A stretch of DNA of 32,000 nucleotides from Saccharolobus solfataricus (GTDB taxonomy: Archaea > Thermoproteota > Thermoprotei_A > Sulfolobales > Sulfolobaceae), in NCBI RefSeq assembly GCF_900079115.1, contig NZ_LT549890.1, forward strand, positions 30,001 to 62,000. The letters run 5' to 3'. This document shows positions 1-7,632 of this stretch, in pieces. A model generated the notes under the pieces. That model was not told where the DNA came from, made no database searches, and was given only the letters and a program-made list of their open reading frames with translations. The first letter of the stretch is position 1. Each line of letters opens with the position of its first letter. A program made the translations under genes and the position numbers.

Positions 1-424
1 CTTCCTCTTCTCTTGAGGCTACATGATCCTCTAACTCTTGAAAACTCCTATATGCCATAAAAGTAAACCTTACGACTCCCTTCATTATTAAAGCCTTAGG
101 AGGTATAGTAGAATTATCGATAAATTTAACCTTCGTCTCTTTACTAATTGGAATTGCATAATATGGATAATATGCGAAATCGTCTTCCTTAATGCCTAAA
201 GTTTTTGACGCATTCTTTACAAATAGGGTTCTATCAAATTTGTAATCTTCGTATATATTCTTGACTTTAGACTCCAGACTCTTCACTACGTTAGAAATTA
301 TCTCATTTTCAAAATATGCATGAATAGCAAAAACTAAACTTAACTTGCTTGCATATTCTTTCGTTAATTCTAAAATTTTTGTAAGATTATCGTATTTTGA
401 TAGAAGTTTAAGTGAATCCATCAT
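1..424 (-). CDS. hypothetical protein; C-terminal part cut off by the window edge
   Basis: Not in the supplied ORF track. My own minus-strand translation from ATGATG at 424/421 stays open to position 1 (MMDSLKLLSKYDNLTKILELTKEYASKLSLVFAIHAYFENEII...). An AT-rich promoter-like stretch lies just upstream. I recognise no motif. Confidence 0.45.
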   Translation of the reverse strand, partial: MMDSLKLLSKYDNLTKILELTKEYASKLSLVFAIHAYFENEIISNVVKSLESKVKNIYEDYKFDRTLFVKNASKTLGIKEDDFAYYPYYAIPISKETKVKFIDNSTIPPKALIMKGVVRFTFMAYRSFQELEDHVASREEE

Positions 425-531
425 CAATACTACTTTCTATAACCTAAAATACTTAACGAGACTCAGAAAACGTTAAAATCTTTGAGAAAAGGTAATTTTC
501 GAAAACCTAGACCTTTCTACAATACTTAGTT

Positions 532-539
532 AAAAAAAA
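532..539 (-). terminator. T8 run, archaeal oligo-T terminator candidate downstream of the 557..1054 gene
   Basis: A8 on the plus strand (T8 on the minus strand) lies 18-25 nt beyond the stop codon at 557-559. Oligo-T tracts are the usual archaeal termination signal. Confidence 0.4.
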
Positions 540-556
540 TGATGATGAGCGCGCCC

Positions 557-1054
557 TTATCGGATCATGTGAAGAATACCACCGGCACTGATTCTTTCCA
601 GAATTTCTTTTCTAGCAATTAATCTTATCTTATTAACGTCCCAAATTTTCTCTATGATTTCCATACTTTTTTTCTTAAAATTTTTACTTACGAATATTCT
701 ACTCTCTAGACCCTTAGACTCTAGTAAGTCTTCTGGATCATAACCTTTGTTACTAATTCTTAAAATTATTTTACCTCCATCACAATTAATACAAACTCCA
801 TCAATTCCGTATCTCGAAATTGGATATAATTTATGCCTAGGTGAATAGACTTTACCAGAAGGCATTACGTTATAAACAGCATCTAATCCCATCCTTAAGA
901 ATGCCGCACATAAATTCTTACCAATTATTGGAAGATCCTCATAAAGGAACGCTATGTAGGCTGAAGCTATCTCTAAGTCATCTACACCTCTTCCCAATAG
1001 TATTTTTTTAAATTCATCAGAATAAATTATTGCACTATAGAGCTTCTCAAACAT
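557..1054 (-). CDS. hypothetical protein (165 aa), divergent from segA
   Basis: Intact ATG-initiated ORF followed by a T8 terminator. Composition looks coding, but I recognise no family motif. Confidence 0.6.
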   Translation of the reverse strand: MFEKLYSAIIYSDEFKKILLGRGVDDLEIASAYIAFLYEDLPIIGKNLCAAFLRMGLDAVYNVMPSGKVYSPRHKLYPISRYGIDGVCINCDGGKIILRISNKGYDPEDLLESKGLESRIFVSKNFKKKSMEIIEKIWDVNKIRLIARKEILERISAGGILHMIR

Positions 1055-1152
1055 ACTTATACTTTTTAAAAATCTAGCATATAAATATTATCATTATAAT
1101 ATGGTGGACTCGTCAGTATTATCATGTAGAATTCCTTATTAAACGTTATAGA

Positions 1153-1170
1153 TAGAAGAGTCTAGACATG
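1153..1170. promoter_or_regulatory. palindromic operator/centromere-like site candidate abutting the segA start codon
   Basis: TAGAAGAGTCTAGACATG contains the perfect 8-bp palindrome GTCTAGAC (1160-1167), which ends 1 nt before the segA ATG (1168). A TATA-like TTATTAAACG lies about 25-30 nt upstream. Published work reports SegB binding to palindromic sites just upstream of segA; I cannot recall the exact published site sequence. Confidence 0.45.
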
Positions 1171-1830
1171 ATAGTCACAGTAATAAATCAGAAAGGAGGA
1201 GTAGGCAAAACAACGACTTCAGTAAATTTATCTTACTATTTAAGCAAGGAAAAGAAGACAGGATTGCTCGATTTGGACCCGGAAGGAGGAGCGACCATAT
1301 CTTATGGAATGAAAAGAGAACTTAAAGAGCTCCCATTAGGCGAAAAAAGTGTAAATATCTTTAATGTGGAAGTGTTTCCAGCACACATTGGACTGTTAAA
1401 GTTAGAATTGAATGGAGATGTAGAAGAAATTAGTAACAAAATTAAGGAAATAGGGAAACAGTTCGATTTCCTCGTTATAGATACTCCACCAAATCTGGGT
1501 ACGTTAGCAATATCAGCAATGTTGGTTGCTGACAGAATAGTTTCACCGGTAACACCACAACCCTTAGCACTAGAGGCAATAAAGAATCTCGACTCTAGAT
1601 TAAAGAGTATAGGGAAGAACGCTTATTCTTTTACAAATTTTTCAAAAAAGGTAGTTAAGCTAGATAATCTATCATCAGTAAAATTCACAGAAATTACAAT
1701 ACCACCCTCTAGATTATTCATTGAAGCTTCTAGACTAGGAGTTCCAGCGTTAAGATATGAGGAAGTTAGAATAAAGAAACCTAAGCTAGCTAACTATTAT
1801 CAGCAATTAGCAAAGGTGATTAGTGAATGA
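1168..1830 (+). CDS. segA: SegA, ParA/Soj-type Walker ATPase for chromosome segregation
   Basis: Deviant Walker A at the N terminus (INQKGGVGKTTTS) and Walker B-like FLVIDTPPNLG. The 220-aa ORF has a stop that overlaps the start of a 109-aa ORF (ATGA, 1827-1830). Sizes and arrangement match those published for Sulfolobus SegA/SegB. Confidence 0.9.
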   Translation: MIVTVINQKGGVGKTTTSVNLSYYLSKEKKTGLLDLDPEGGATISYGMKRELKELPLGEKSVNIFNVEVFPAHIGLLKLELNGDVEEISNKIKEIGKQFDFLVIDTPPNLGTLAISAMLVADRIVSPVTPQPLALEAIKNLDSRLKSIGKNAYSFTNFSKKVVKLDNLSSVKFTEITIPPSRLFIEASRLGVPALRYEEVRIKKPKLANYYQQLAKVISE

Positions 1831-2156
1831 GTGAATTAGATTTCCTATTGAAGAAGAAAAGAAAAAGTGAGGACGAAGAGAAAATCATTAATAATAACGA
1901 GAATGCAAAAAAAGAGGAAATTACAAATGAAGAGGAAAAAATTAAGAACGATATGTTGAAGTATATTGAGAAAGATCCAAAAATAGGTGTATGGAGTTAT
2001 CCCGCATTTTTAGTTCTTCAATACCTCTATCATACAGTTCCGGGATTTAAAATGAGTAGAACAGCCAAGGAAGCGTTAGAAAAGGGATTGAAAGAAATGT
2101 ACCCTACACTATTTACCATTGCAGAAAAAATTGCAAAAGAGAGATTTAAAGAGTAA
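1827..2156 (+). CDS. segB: SegB, archaea-specific site-specific DNA-binding partner of SegA
   Basis: 109 aa with a K/E-rich, probably disordered N-terminal tail and a compact C-terminal domain. It is translationally coupled to segA by a 4-nt overlap. Size and position match SegB. Confidence 0.8.
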   Translation: MSELDFLLKKKRKSEDEEKIINNNENAKKEEITNEEEKIKNDMLKYIEKDPKIGVWSYPAFLVLQYLYHTVPGFKMSRTAKEALEKGLKEMYPTLFTIAEKIAKERFKE

Positions 2157-2232
2157 TATCTGGTAATATTTCTAGGAAGTATTACTAATCAGGTTTAAAT
2201 GCTAGAGATTATATTTATCTGTAACTGTTAAG

Positions 2233-2700
2233 GTGATTAGAATGGACATATGTGTAAAGGCTAGAAACGATGAAGAAGCTACAAGGGCTCTACAATTAAA
2301 TTACAATTGTGTTGTGTACAGTAGACCTTTAAATAATATATTAACATTTATACCAGATCAATATATATCTGATATAAATATTAATAATGAACGTACCGTT
2401 GTAATCACAGATAGTTTAGAATTAATTAATACACTAAAAAGTAGAAATCTCAAAATTGCGTATAGAGTTAATAAGCCTTATATGAATATTTTGATATATG
2501 ATTATTTTGTACTAGAGTTTATACCAAAAAATATTAGAGATCTGAGATTCTACAAAGGTAAAGTTTATATAGATAATATCGATAATTTAGATATATATAG
2601 TAAATTGGAAAACTTAAAGATATCAGGAGTATTCACCAATAACTTAGATTTTATAGTAAATCTCAAAAAATTAGGATTATATAAAAATAGGATTATATAA
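2233..2700 (+). CDS. hypothetical protein (155 aa, N/I/Y-rich)
   Basis: GTG start at 2233, with an alternative ATG at 2242. The ORF is very AT-rich and I recognise no reliable motif. Coding status is plausible but not certain. Confidence 0.45.
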   Translation: MIRMDICVKARNDEEATRALQLNYNCVVYSRPLNNILTFIPDQYISDININNERTVVITDSLELINTLKSRNLKIAYRVNKPYMNILIYDYFVLEFIPKNIRDLRFYKGKVYIDNIDNLDIYSKLENLKISGVFTNNLDFIVNLKKLGLYKNRII

Positions 2701-3240
2701 AAGGGAGATTTTAAGTCTAGAGAGTGTCACTCTTGACTGAAGAAAGACGAGTATAGAGCGAGGAGTTAGCGGACTTTAAAACCGCGTTGAGTTACAAAAA
2801 TATATGCATAGATAGCGTTTAGGCATTGAGGAGGCCAAAATTTTGAGGTTACCATGAGTAATACCTTATAATACTAAATCTAATTATACCACTTTCCATT
2901 TTAGGGAATACTACCAGTACTAGCGTTAAATAGTAATCGGAAAATTTGCTAAATATAATATCACGTAGTCACCCTATAGAATTGCTTCTCTATGAAATTA
3001 GTAACAATGAACGGTGACTAGAGGATCTAGAATATGTGAAAATTTTATATTAGTAGAGTTAAATTATTACTTAGGAATGCACAGTTTATCATAGTTAATA
3101 AAAAAGCTATATAGTAATAATTATGTCTACGATGCTAAAAGATCTAATATACCATGAAAGAGATAAGATAAAAAATCATACTAAGTCAACGATCGATAGT
3201 TTCAACATAGACTCTCTTCTCTTAAACGTGAATTTTTAAC

Positions 3241-4968
3241 ATGAAAAAGGGAATATCATCAATCCTAGGTGCAATTATATTAATACAAATAGTAGTATCC
3301 TCTGTGGGATTAATTCTTTACTTAACTTCATTAAACGCTAAAATGTCTAACATAGCATACTCACAAATATATGAAGAACTTCAAAACGCACCTATATCTG
3401 TAATTCCCACTTACCAAGGACCAATGATAATCTCAACCAGCTCATCTCACATGGCAATAACATATATAATATATCCTAATGGGAAAATAATTCACACAAA
3501 CATTCCACTAACACAGAACGGAGTATATATAAATTTCGATAATAATCCTTGGAGCGTAATAGTACTTAATGATGGAAATTGGTATAACATCTCTGCAAAT
3601 GATAGACTAGTAAGTCCTAATACTACAGCACTAGGAGGGATTAGATTATATGAACCATACAGTTACACAATAAATCAAGGGAAAATTAACTTAAGCTATC
3701 TAGCTACCCCACCTATATATGGTAAAAATCTAGATCCTGCAAATTGGAACCTATTATCAGAAAGTCCAGCTTCATATACACCTTATGGAATTCAAAATTC
3801 ACTAATACTTATTCCAGAAAATGGTTCAATTCCAATTATAGCAAATTTGTCCTCTGGATTGCAATACTTTGATATAGCAATCCCTTATAATAATCGTGTT
3901 TTTGTAGGTGTAGCAGCTGGGGCTACACCCGGAATATGGTATACTACGAACTCACCCCAATTCTCCTATTATCTGCCCTTAGAGTTTAGTGTGTCATACC
4001 AAGCGGATTACATAGTACCAGTTTATAACGCAACGTTTGAATATTCCACGTGGATAGATGGTGCCAGATATTATGTAACTCTAAGTTACGTGACATATAA
4101 TATGATATACTTCATGAAACAAAATAATTATACAATAAAAACTCGAAATGGTGAAATACAACTGCTAAGCTATAAGTTTATAGGCTATCTTATGGCATCT
4201 AAAATAGACTACGGCTCTGTTGAGTTTGGTATATGGAGCTTTCCCACTGGTACATCAATAACTGATATACCAATTCCAGGCTATAACAACTATACATTAT
4301 ATTCTGGAGTAATGATAAACGCTTCGTATACCGCATTTAATGAGTCTGGTGTAGTTCCACCCTCAGCTCTTATACTACCATTACAAGGAGGTAATGGATA
4401 TCTGAATAGCACAAATATAACTGAAGAGAGTTTAGTAAATGTTGAAATGATGATAAGTGGTGGCAACTTAGACTATAATTCTAACGGTACCCCGATACCT
4501 AATGTCATGAATTATACTTACTTCTGGTATTTCATAAATCCTCAAATAAAAAAATCCAATAGCGTTAACCTACTTATCTCCATTACACCTAATTCACAAG
4601 TAACTGTAGCTCTAAGAGATAGTGGAGGGTTTATATATCCAGACTATTCTTATATTGCGTACTCTTTAGCCGAAAAATACTCAGTTACACACAATTATGT
4701 GGGATTAAACGGAGGGCCTCCACTTACCGTGATTATAGACGACGTGTCTGGAACATTAATTAATGGCAGTAATCAAGGATATTTACCATTAGGTTATCCG
4801 GTAGTAAACGCTAATTATAAATATACGATAATCCCAGGTGACTATGTACAATACACTGAGACTGCTACATATCAATACTTCAAAACTATTAACTTACAAA
4901 TCAACTATAATTTACCATTTATAATAATAGTCCCAGAGGATGTCTACTATCCTTACTTTGCTGTGTAA
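3241..4968 (+). CDS. large secreted/surface glycoprotein with a class III (type IV pilin-like) signal peptide
   Basis: The N terminus MKKGISSILGAIILIQIVVSSVGLILYL has a short basic head, a Gly, then a long hydrophobic helix, which is the archaeal prepilin peptidase (PibD/FlaK) substrate pattern. I counted 15 N-X-S/T sequons. The sequence is Y/N/T/P-rich with no cysteine and no further TM segments. Confidence 0.7.
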   Translation: MKKGISSILGAIILIQIVVSSVGLILYLTSLNAKMSNIAYSQIYEELQNAPISVIPTYQGPMIISTSSSHMAITYIIYPNGKIIHTNIPLTQNGVYINFDNNPWSVIVLNDGNWYNISANDRLVSPNTTALGGIRLYEPYSYTINQGKINLSYLATPPIYGKNLDPANWNLLSESPASYTPYGIQNSLILIPENGSIPIIANLSSGLQYFDIAIPYNNRVFVGVAAGATPGIWYTTNSPQFSYYLPLEFSVSYQADYIVPVYNATFEYSTWIDGARYYVTLSYVTYNMIYFMKQNNYTIKTRNGEIQLLSYKFIGYLMASKIDYGSVEFGIWSFPTGTSITDIPIPGYNNYTLYSGVMINASYTAFNESGVVPPSALILPLQGGNGYLNSTNITEESLVNVEMMISGGNLDYNSNGTPIPNVMNYTYFWYFINPQIKKSNSVNLLISITPNSQVTVALRDSGGFIYPDYSYIAYSLAEKYSVTHNYVGLNGGPPLTVIIDDVSGTLINGSNQGYLPLGYPVVNANYKYTIIPGDYVQYTETATYQYFKTINLQINYNLPFIIIVPEDVYYPYFAV

Positions 4969-5033
4969 GCTGTTTAAGATAAACCGTAAAGTTTATACAT
5001 TTTCATGATAATTTTTTACAGTAAAGTACTAGC

Positions 5034-5221
5034 AAATGGGGTAAATATCCCGACGAGCTAGCGGTGAAAAATGCTAAAGATGTGCGGGTGTTCTATATAG
5101 GTTTGTCCGTAACTTCGGTAAAGCCTAAGAACAGAGGATTAATGTTAACAATCATGAAATCCTATGAAGCCCAAACTCCTAACAGAATTAATTATTAATT
5201 TTTTGTTGTAATATTTTACAT
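5034..5221. repeat. degenerate IS-end / MITE-like remnant related to the termini of the IS at 7433-8897
   Basis: By-eye alignment of 5034-5100 (AAATGGGGTAAATATCCCGA..GGTGAAAAATGCTAAAGATGTGCGGGTGT) with the left end 7420-7476 (AAATGTAAATCCCGA..GGCGAAAAACGCAAGACGTGAGAGTGT). In addition, 5190-5221 (TTAATTTTTTGTTGTAATATTTTACAT) resembles the right-end interior 8831-8859 (CTTGTCAATAAAAATTCAATTTTTTACAT). Identity is roughly two thirds and was not computed. Confidence 0.35.
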
Positions 5222-5668
5222 GTGATCTCAAAGTTTAGCTTTCAAAGGCTTAAGAAGGGCGCCCTAAAATACTTGGTATTAGAGTCCTTAAATGAGAGGC
5301 CAATGAGAACGTATGAAATCATCAAGACTATAGAGAAGAAATTCGAAGGTTCTTATAGACCTAGCACAGGGTCAGTATACCCAGTTCTAAAAAGCCTTGT
5401 AGAAAAAAACTTAGTAGAAGTGAAAGTCGAAAATAATAAGAAAATTTACATTATAACAGAGAAGGGGAAAAATGAGCTGCAGGAAATCAAGAATAAATCA
5501 CTTAAACTTCTAGGTGATAATACGAAATTCTCAAGACAAATATTACAAGAATTATTACAAATCGCATTTTACTTATATGATAATAGATCAAAAATAGATG
5601 AAAATAATATACAAAAGATCATAGAATACTTAAGGAATTGTAGAAACCAATTAAAGAATGTCTTGTGA
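5222..5668 (+). CDS. PadR-family winged-helix transcriptional regulator
   Basis: YLVLESLNERPMRTYEIIKTIEKKFEGSYRPSTGSVYPVLKSLVEKNLVE is the typical PadR wHTH signature. GTG start. The 3' end overlaps the convergent thiN-like gene by 18 nt. Confidence 0.8.
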   Translation: MISKFSFQRLKKGALKYLVLESLNERPMRTYEIIKTIEKKFEGSYRPSTGSVYPVLKSLVEKNLVEVKVENNKKIYIITEKGKNELQEIKNKSLKLLGDNTKFSRQILQELLQIAFYLYDNRSKIDENNIQKIIEYLRNCRNQLKNVL

Positions 5669-6223
5669 AATATATTTGAGTAATTCTAGAGATTTATTTA
5701 CAACAGTGACTGGATCTCGATCTAGAATGAAGAGTGAAGGCTCTTTACCATAATCACCTAAATCCACAATATAATTAGGAACCTTAGACAACTTACGAAT
5801 ACACGAATCAACCATAAAGTTCATAGTACTATGCTCCCTATATTTTACCTCTTTAGGCTCCGAAGACCTATCGAATATACAAAGATCTTGAGACGGTAAT
5901 TTCTCAATAACTTCTCTATAATACTTTAAGTTTATTGCACTTCTTATATTTCTATCATGCTTCATTACAGTTAAAATCACCCTTGCCACATGATCAGATG
6001 CTCCAAACGCTGGCAGCATACAGTATATTACTTTTTTAAATGCTGTAGTTAACCTGCCTGGAATTGCTGCAACATCATTAGCATCGGCTGCATTAGATAC
6101 TGCATATCCAATATTAGTTCTAACTTCTGGAATAAGTAGATAAGCCCTTTCATTAGATACAAAAATATCTACTGCCTCCTTAAGTCTTTTTAAAACATAT
6201 TCTCTTTCACTTTCATCTTGCAT
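5651..6223 (-). CDS. thiN: ThiN-type thiamine-phosphate synthase domain protein
   Basis: LIPEVRTNIGYAV...DVAAIPGRL...FGASDHVARVILTVMKHDRNIRSAINLKY...DLGDYGKEP follows the conserved blocks of the archaeal ThiN domain (LIPEVGSNI / DVAAxPGRI / FGASxHVARxxL / N(I/L)(R/K)Y). Standalone protein of 190 aa. Confidence 0.6.
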   Translation of the reverse strand: MQDESEREYVLKRLKEAVDIFVSNERAYLLIPEVRTNIGYAVSNAADANDVAAIPGRLTTAFKKVIYCMLPAFGASDHVARVILTVMKHDRNIRSAINLKYYREVIEKLPSQDLCIFDRSSEPKEVKYREHSTMNFMVDSCIRKLSKVPNYIVDLGDYGKEPSLFILDRDPVTVVNKSLELLKYISQDIL

Positions 6224-6275
6224 AGAAAATAAATAGTATCTTGGCTTATAATATTTTCAACGATCATAGACATAG

Positions 6276-6304
6276 TTATACTTCGTCAGACTTTAAAGAG
6301 CAAG
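6276..6304. repeat. left terminal inverted repeat of the ISC1078-like element (includes flanking TA)
   Basis: Reverse complement of 7330-7358 with one mismatch. Confidence 0.85.
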
Positions 6305-6335
6305 ATTTATATTTCATGAGTAATACTAAATTGTT

Positions 6336-6794
6336 ATGCCGAAATCCAGAATGCACGGTATAAGGCTCAACAAGAAACAAGAGGAAGAGAGGAGGATTAA
6401 CGCTGTAAAAGATGTGAGGAACGGGATGAGTATAAAGGACGTTGCCAAGAAGTATGACGTCTCCATCTTTACCGTGTACAAGTGGTTGAGGAAAGGTGAC
6501 CTGAGCGCTAAGCCGAGGAAGGGACCCACGAAACTGAAGGACGAGGAAAAGCTCGTCCGAATCTTAGAAAAGAGCCCAAGAGATTTCGGCTTGAACTACG
6601 ATTTCTGGACCTTGAAGCTCATAGCGTATATACTTGACAAGGAATTTGGGATAAAGTACAACCCGAGGAGTTTAAGCCCAGTCCTCAAGAAATTAGGCTT
6701 CAAGTACAAGAAAGGAAAGAGAACTTACGTTAGAGACGATAACGCTGTAGAAAGGTGGGTGAAGGAACAAGGGGAGAAGCTTTTAAAAAAATAA
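6336..6794 (+). CDS. IS630-family transposase OrfA (HTH DNA-binding part)
   Basis: MSIKDVAKKYDVSIFTVYKWLRK is a helix-turn-helix motif. The ORF ends at a TAA immediately after the A7 run. Confidence 0.85.
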   Translation: MPKSRMHGIRLNKKQEEERRINAVKDVRNGMSIKDVAKKYDVSIFTVYKWLRKGDLSAKPRKGPTKLKDEEKLVRILEKSPRDFGLNYDFWTLKLIAYILDKEFGIKYNPRSLSPVLKKLGFKYKKGKRTYVRDDNAVERWVKEQGEKLLKK

Positions 6795-7348
6795 GAGAAG
6801 GGTACAAGGTACACATCTTCGATGAGTCGTACGTGTCCTACATAAACAAGGGTAAAGGCTGGATGAAGGTCGGAGGAGGGATAAAGGTCAACCCTAAGAG
6901 GAAGAGGTTTGCAGTAGTAGGCGGGATAACGATTAGTAAAGAGGGAATAACTTTCTCCTATTCGACATACAAGAAGCCCTCGCTGAACTCAAAAGATATT
7001 ATACTCTACTTGAGGAAGGTAATAAAGGACGAGAAGACCGTGATAGTGATGGATAATGCTAGAATACACGGTAATGAAGTGAGGGAATTCCTTGAGGAAA
7101 ATGGGGTGGAGTTTGTTTATCTGCCGCCTTACTCTCCGGATAAGAGTCCGGCGGAGGGGCCGTGGGCAGTCCTCAAGAAAAGGCTCTACTCGAAGATTTA
7201 CACGGACTTCGAGACCTTAATGTGGGATGCAACGAGGTTCCTACGCTCCATATCCAAGAGAGTAAATGACCTTACGTATAGTGTGAAGAGGTGCGGTGAA
7301 CCTTGGACGTCAATACTGAGTGAAGTTTTCTTGCCCTTTAAAGTCTGA
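6755..7348 (+). CDS. IS630-family transposase OrfB (DDE catalytic part)
   Basis: Contains HIFDES (first D), VIVMDNARIHG (second D) and LPPYSPDKSPAEGPW (E). I counted the E 34 residues after the second D, which is Tc1/IS630-type spacing. Confidence 0.85.
   Translation: MGEGTRGEAFKKIREGYKVHIFDESYVSYINKGKGWMKVGGGIKVNPKRKRFAVVGGITISKEGITFSYSTYKKPSLNSKDIILYLRKVIKDEKTVIVMDNARIHGNEVREFLEENGVEFVYLPPYSPDKSPAEGPWAVLKKRLYSKIYTDFETLMWDATRFLRSISKRVNDLTYSVKRCGEPWTSILSEVFLPFKV
6785..6791 (+). promoter_or_regulatory. A AAA AAA slippery heptamer; candidate programmed -1 ribosomal frameshift site joining OrfA and OrfB
   Basis: OrfA reads TTA AAA AAA TAA. A -1 slip on the A7 run continues as ATA AGA GAA GGG (IREGYKVHIFDES), which is exactly the OrfB frame. 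Confidence 0.6.
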
Positions 7349-7358
7349 CGAAGTATAA
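7330..7358. repeat. right terminal inverted repeat of the ISC1078-like element (includes flanking TA)
   Basis: Reverse complement of 6276-6304 with one mismatch. Confidence 0.85.
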
Positions 7359-7455
7359 TAGTTTCCTTAAGTCCACGAAAGTTATCTACTCTGTTTGTAA
7401 TCATATTTAACACATCGTTAAATGTAAATCCCGAATATGTGGCGAAAAACGCAAG

Positions 7456-7478
7456 ACGTGAGAGTGTCCGGAATGTAA
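7456..7478. repeat. terminal inverted repeat, low-coordinate end of the GC-rich IS
   Basis: Exact reverse complement of 8854-8876. Confidence 0.85.
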
Positions 7479-7632
7479 TTATCTGAACGAATAGATAAAC
7501 AGAATGATAAATATTAATATTGCCAGAAGGGTAGGACCTGGATCACCGAGAAAAACTTTATAATGGAAAAATATCAAGACGAGAGGATTTACCTATCGCG
7601 CATAGCGTTGTCTGATCGCGAGGAGGTGCGTC

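Larger units (their letters stand above)
6276..7358 (+). mobile_element. IS630-family insertion sequence, ISC1078-like
   Basis: Terminal inverted repeats CTTCGTCAGACTTTAAAGAGCAAG (6281-6304) and CTTGCCCTTTAAAGTCTGACGAAG (7330-7353) match 23/24 and are flanked by TA on both sides, the IS630/Tc1 target duplication. Two overlapping transposase ORFs are joined at an A7 slippery run, and a DDE triad is present. The core of about 1073-1083 bp fits the 1078-bp ISC1078 of S. solfataricus. Confidence 0.85.

Noticed and set aside
2233-2700. The N terminus (MIRMDICVKARNDEEATRALQLNYNCVVYS) looked a little like archaeal RNase P component 3 (Rpp30).
   Set aside because: The resemblance covers only about 25 residues, and the protein is too short for the Rpp30 TIM barrel. 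In archaea the Rpp30/Pop5 genes normally sit in the proteasome-exosome superoperon, not next to segAB. Kept as hypothetical.
2745-2800. Weak similarity of GACGAG..TAGCGGACTTTAAAACCGCGTTGAG to the IS-end-like repeat at 5056-5100 and to the IS terminus at 7440-7465.
   Set aside because: It consists only of short matching islands with several indels, and I cannot separate it from chance without a computed alignment.
3123-3239. 38-codon ORF (MSTMLKDLIYHERDKIKNHTKSTIDSFNIDSLLLNVNF) ending 1 nt before the glycoprotein start codon.
   Set aside because: It is too short and too AT-rich to distinguish from chance. It is mentioned in the gap finding but not called as a feature.
6326-6529. Tracked 67-aa minus-strand ORF, and the 71-aa ORF at 7198..7413.
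   Set aside because: Both are antisense to the ISC1078-like transposase ORFs, and the second crosses the IS boundary. They are hydrophobic or low-complexity shadow products.
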